This document shows positions 62,998 through 64,000 of a stretch of 64,000 nucleotides of DNA, piece by piece (the first letter of the stretch is position 1; every line of letters starts with the position of its first letter). Where the stretch lies: the NCBI GenBank assembly GCA_963835065.1, contig CAWIEK010000049.1, forward strand, positions 729,146 to 793,145, read 5' to 3'. This DNA comes from an uncultured Chthonomonadaceae bacterium. GTDB lineage: Bacteria; Armatimonadota; Chthonomonadetes; Chthonomonadales; Chthonomonadaceae. The translations under genes and the position numbers were made by a program. The notes beneath the pieces are model-generated. The model had not been told where the DNA came from. It searched no databases and worked only from the letters and a program-made list of their open reading frames with translations.

Positions 62998-63130
62998 AGG
63001 AGGGTGTTGAGGTGTTCAGGTGTTCAGGTGTTTGGTTAATTACTTTGCTGTGCTGAAGTCAACGTTGGTACTTTTGTATTCCCGAATACCTGAACACCTG
63101 AACACCTCAACACCCACCCATAGGTAATTC

Positions 63131-64000
63131 ATGCGGATTGTTTTAAGAATTCATTGGGCGCTTCGGATTGTGTTTGTTGCCTGGCTTGCGGCGTTTGTTA
63201 CTTTCTCTGCCTGCGCTTCTCCTGTTATTACGCGCGCCTCGCAGTTGAAGGGGTTGGCTGTCGGCATGGGGAAGCTGCTGCACATGGCCGACTACTTGCA
63301 GGAGTATCCCGGCAGCCGCACGGCGATCCTGTCCTACTTCAAGATGGACAGCATGGACGTAAATGCCCTGATTGCCGATTTGCGGGTACAGGCGGCGCTG
63401 CAAACCAGCGTCAACCGGAACTTTGCGCCCCAAATCGCGCTGGAAACCGAGCGTCTCAGCCTGCCCGCGTTTACGCGCGAATTGGGACGGCGCGGCAGCC
63501 CGCTTGACTTGACCATACGCCTGCTCGCTTCGGAAATCGCCCGCTATCAGCCCCAAAACAAGTGGTTCTTTATACGCCCGTTTTCTGAAATGAACGACGC
63601 CACGCTGAACACGCCCTGGGAATTCGGCAATTCGGCGCACCGCAACACGTTCGAAGATTTCGCGGCTGCGTGGACGCTGCTGCGGCGCGTTTTTAATCAG
63701 GAGGGCGCGACAAACGCGCTGTTTATTTTCAGTCCGCTTGCCGCGCATGGCGTTCATCGTCAAAGCGAAGTTCTGGCCGCGCTGAACCACATTCCCCCCG
63801 GCAGCATAGACGCTTTCAGCCTGAACCTGTACTCCCGGCCCCGCCGCGCGTATGGCGAAAATGGCGACGAACCGTATTCCTTTGCCGAACTCGCGCAACC
63901 CTGGATGAATGTATTGTCCCGCTCACGACACAAAGGCATCCCGCTTGCGATTGCGGAAATGGGCATTTCCAGTCAGGCGTCGGATGCGCAACGCGCGAAG
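63131..64000 (+). CDS. GH26-like glycoside hydrolase, 3' end outside window
   Basis: Not in ORF track. Hand translation: signal peptide, FFIRPFSEMN, FAAAW, NALFIFSP, PLAIAEMG. Confidence 0.75.
   Translation, partial: MRIVLRIHWALRIVFVAWLAAFVTFSACASPVITRASQLKGLAVGMGKLLHMADYLQEYPGSRTAILSYFKMDSMDVNALIADLRVQAALQTSVNRNFAPQIALETERLSLPAFTRELGRRGSPLDLTIRLLASEIARYQPQNKWFFIRPFSEMNDATLNTPWEFGNSAHRNTFEDFAAAWTLLRRVFNQEGATNALFIFSPLAAHGVHRQSEVLAALNHIPPGSIDAFSLNLYSRPRRAYGENGDEPYSFAELAQPWMNVLSRSRHKGIPLAIAEMGISSQASDAQRAK

Noticed and set aside
2701..63115. Tandem repeats as CRISPR arrays
   Set aside because: Units are 7-9 nt, contiguous and spacerless; no cas genes seen.

Overview
Moderately GC-rich bacterial chromosomal window. 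Three prepilin/H-X9-DG (DUF1559-type) genes and a PEP-CTERM gene suggest an Armatimonadota-like organism (inference). Ordinary content: a sugar ABC pair, a DUF4331/TPR/Ni-transporter/ferritin-like cluster, rex-sirC-hemA-ccsA, a sigma54-preceded EPS/dTDP-rhamnose locus, an EF-G paralog, two S41 proteases, secreted NPCBM-CsgG proteins, TA-like nuclease modules, a PAS kinase and a GH26. Signals the ORF track misses: (1) a twice-present non-coding unit made of an ECF-sigma promoter, strong SD, 8-codon Pro-UGA mini-ORF and a 91-nt conserved core; (2) two UGA-split selenoprotein genes (deiodinase-like; secreted thioredoxin-AhpD fusion) in an island with a duplicated promoter motif; (3) about 20 hairpin elements built of inverted 7-9-nt tandem repeats, some translated in frame inside unrelated proteins and one sitting inside a cobalamin riboswitch; (4) a catalytically dead/active CtpA pair; (5) an IS630 that splits a TPR gene, plus several genes with nonsense or frameshift lesions. 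All family calls come from motif recognition by eye, not database searches. No rRNA, tRNA or CRISPR array was recognised.
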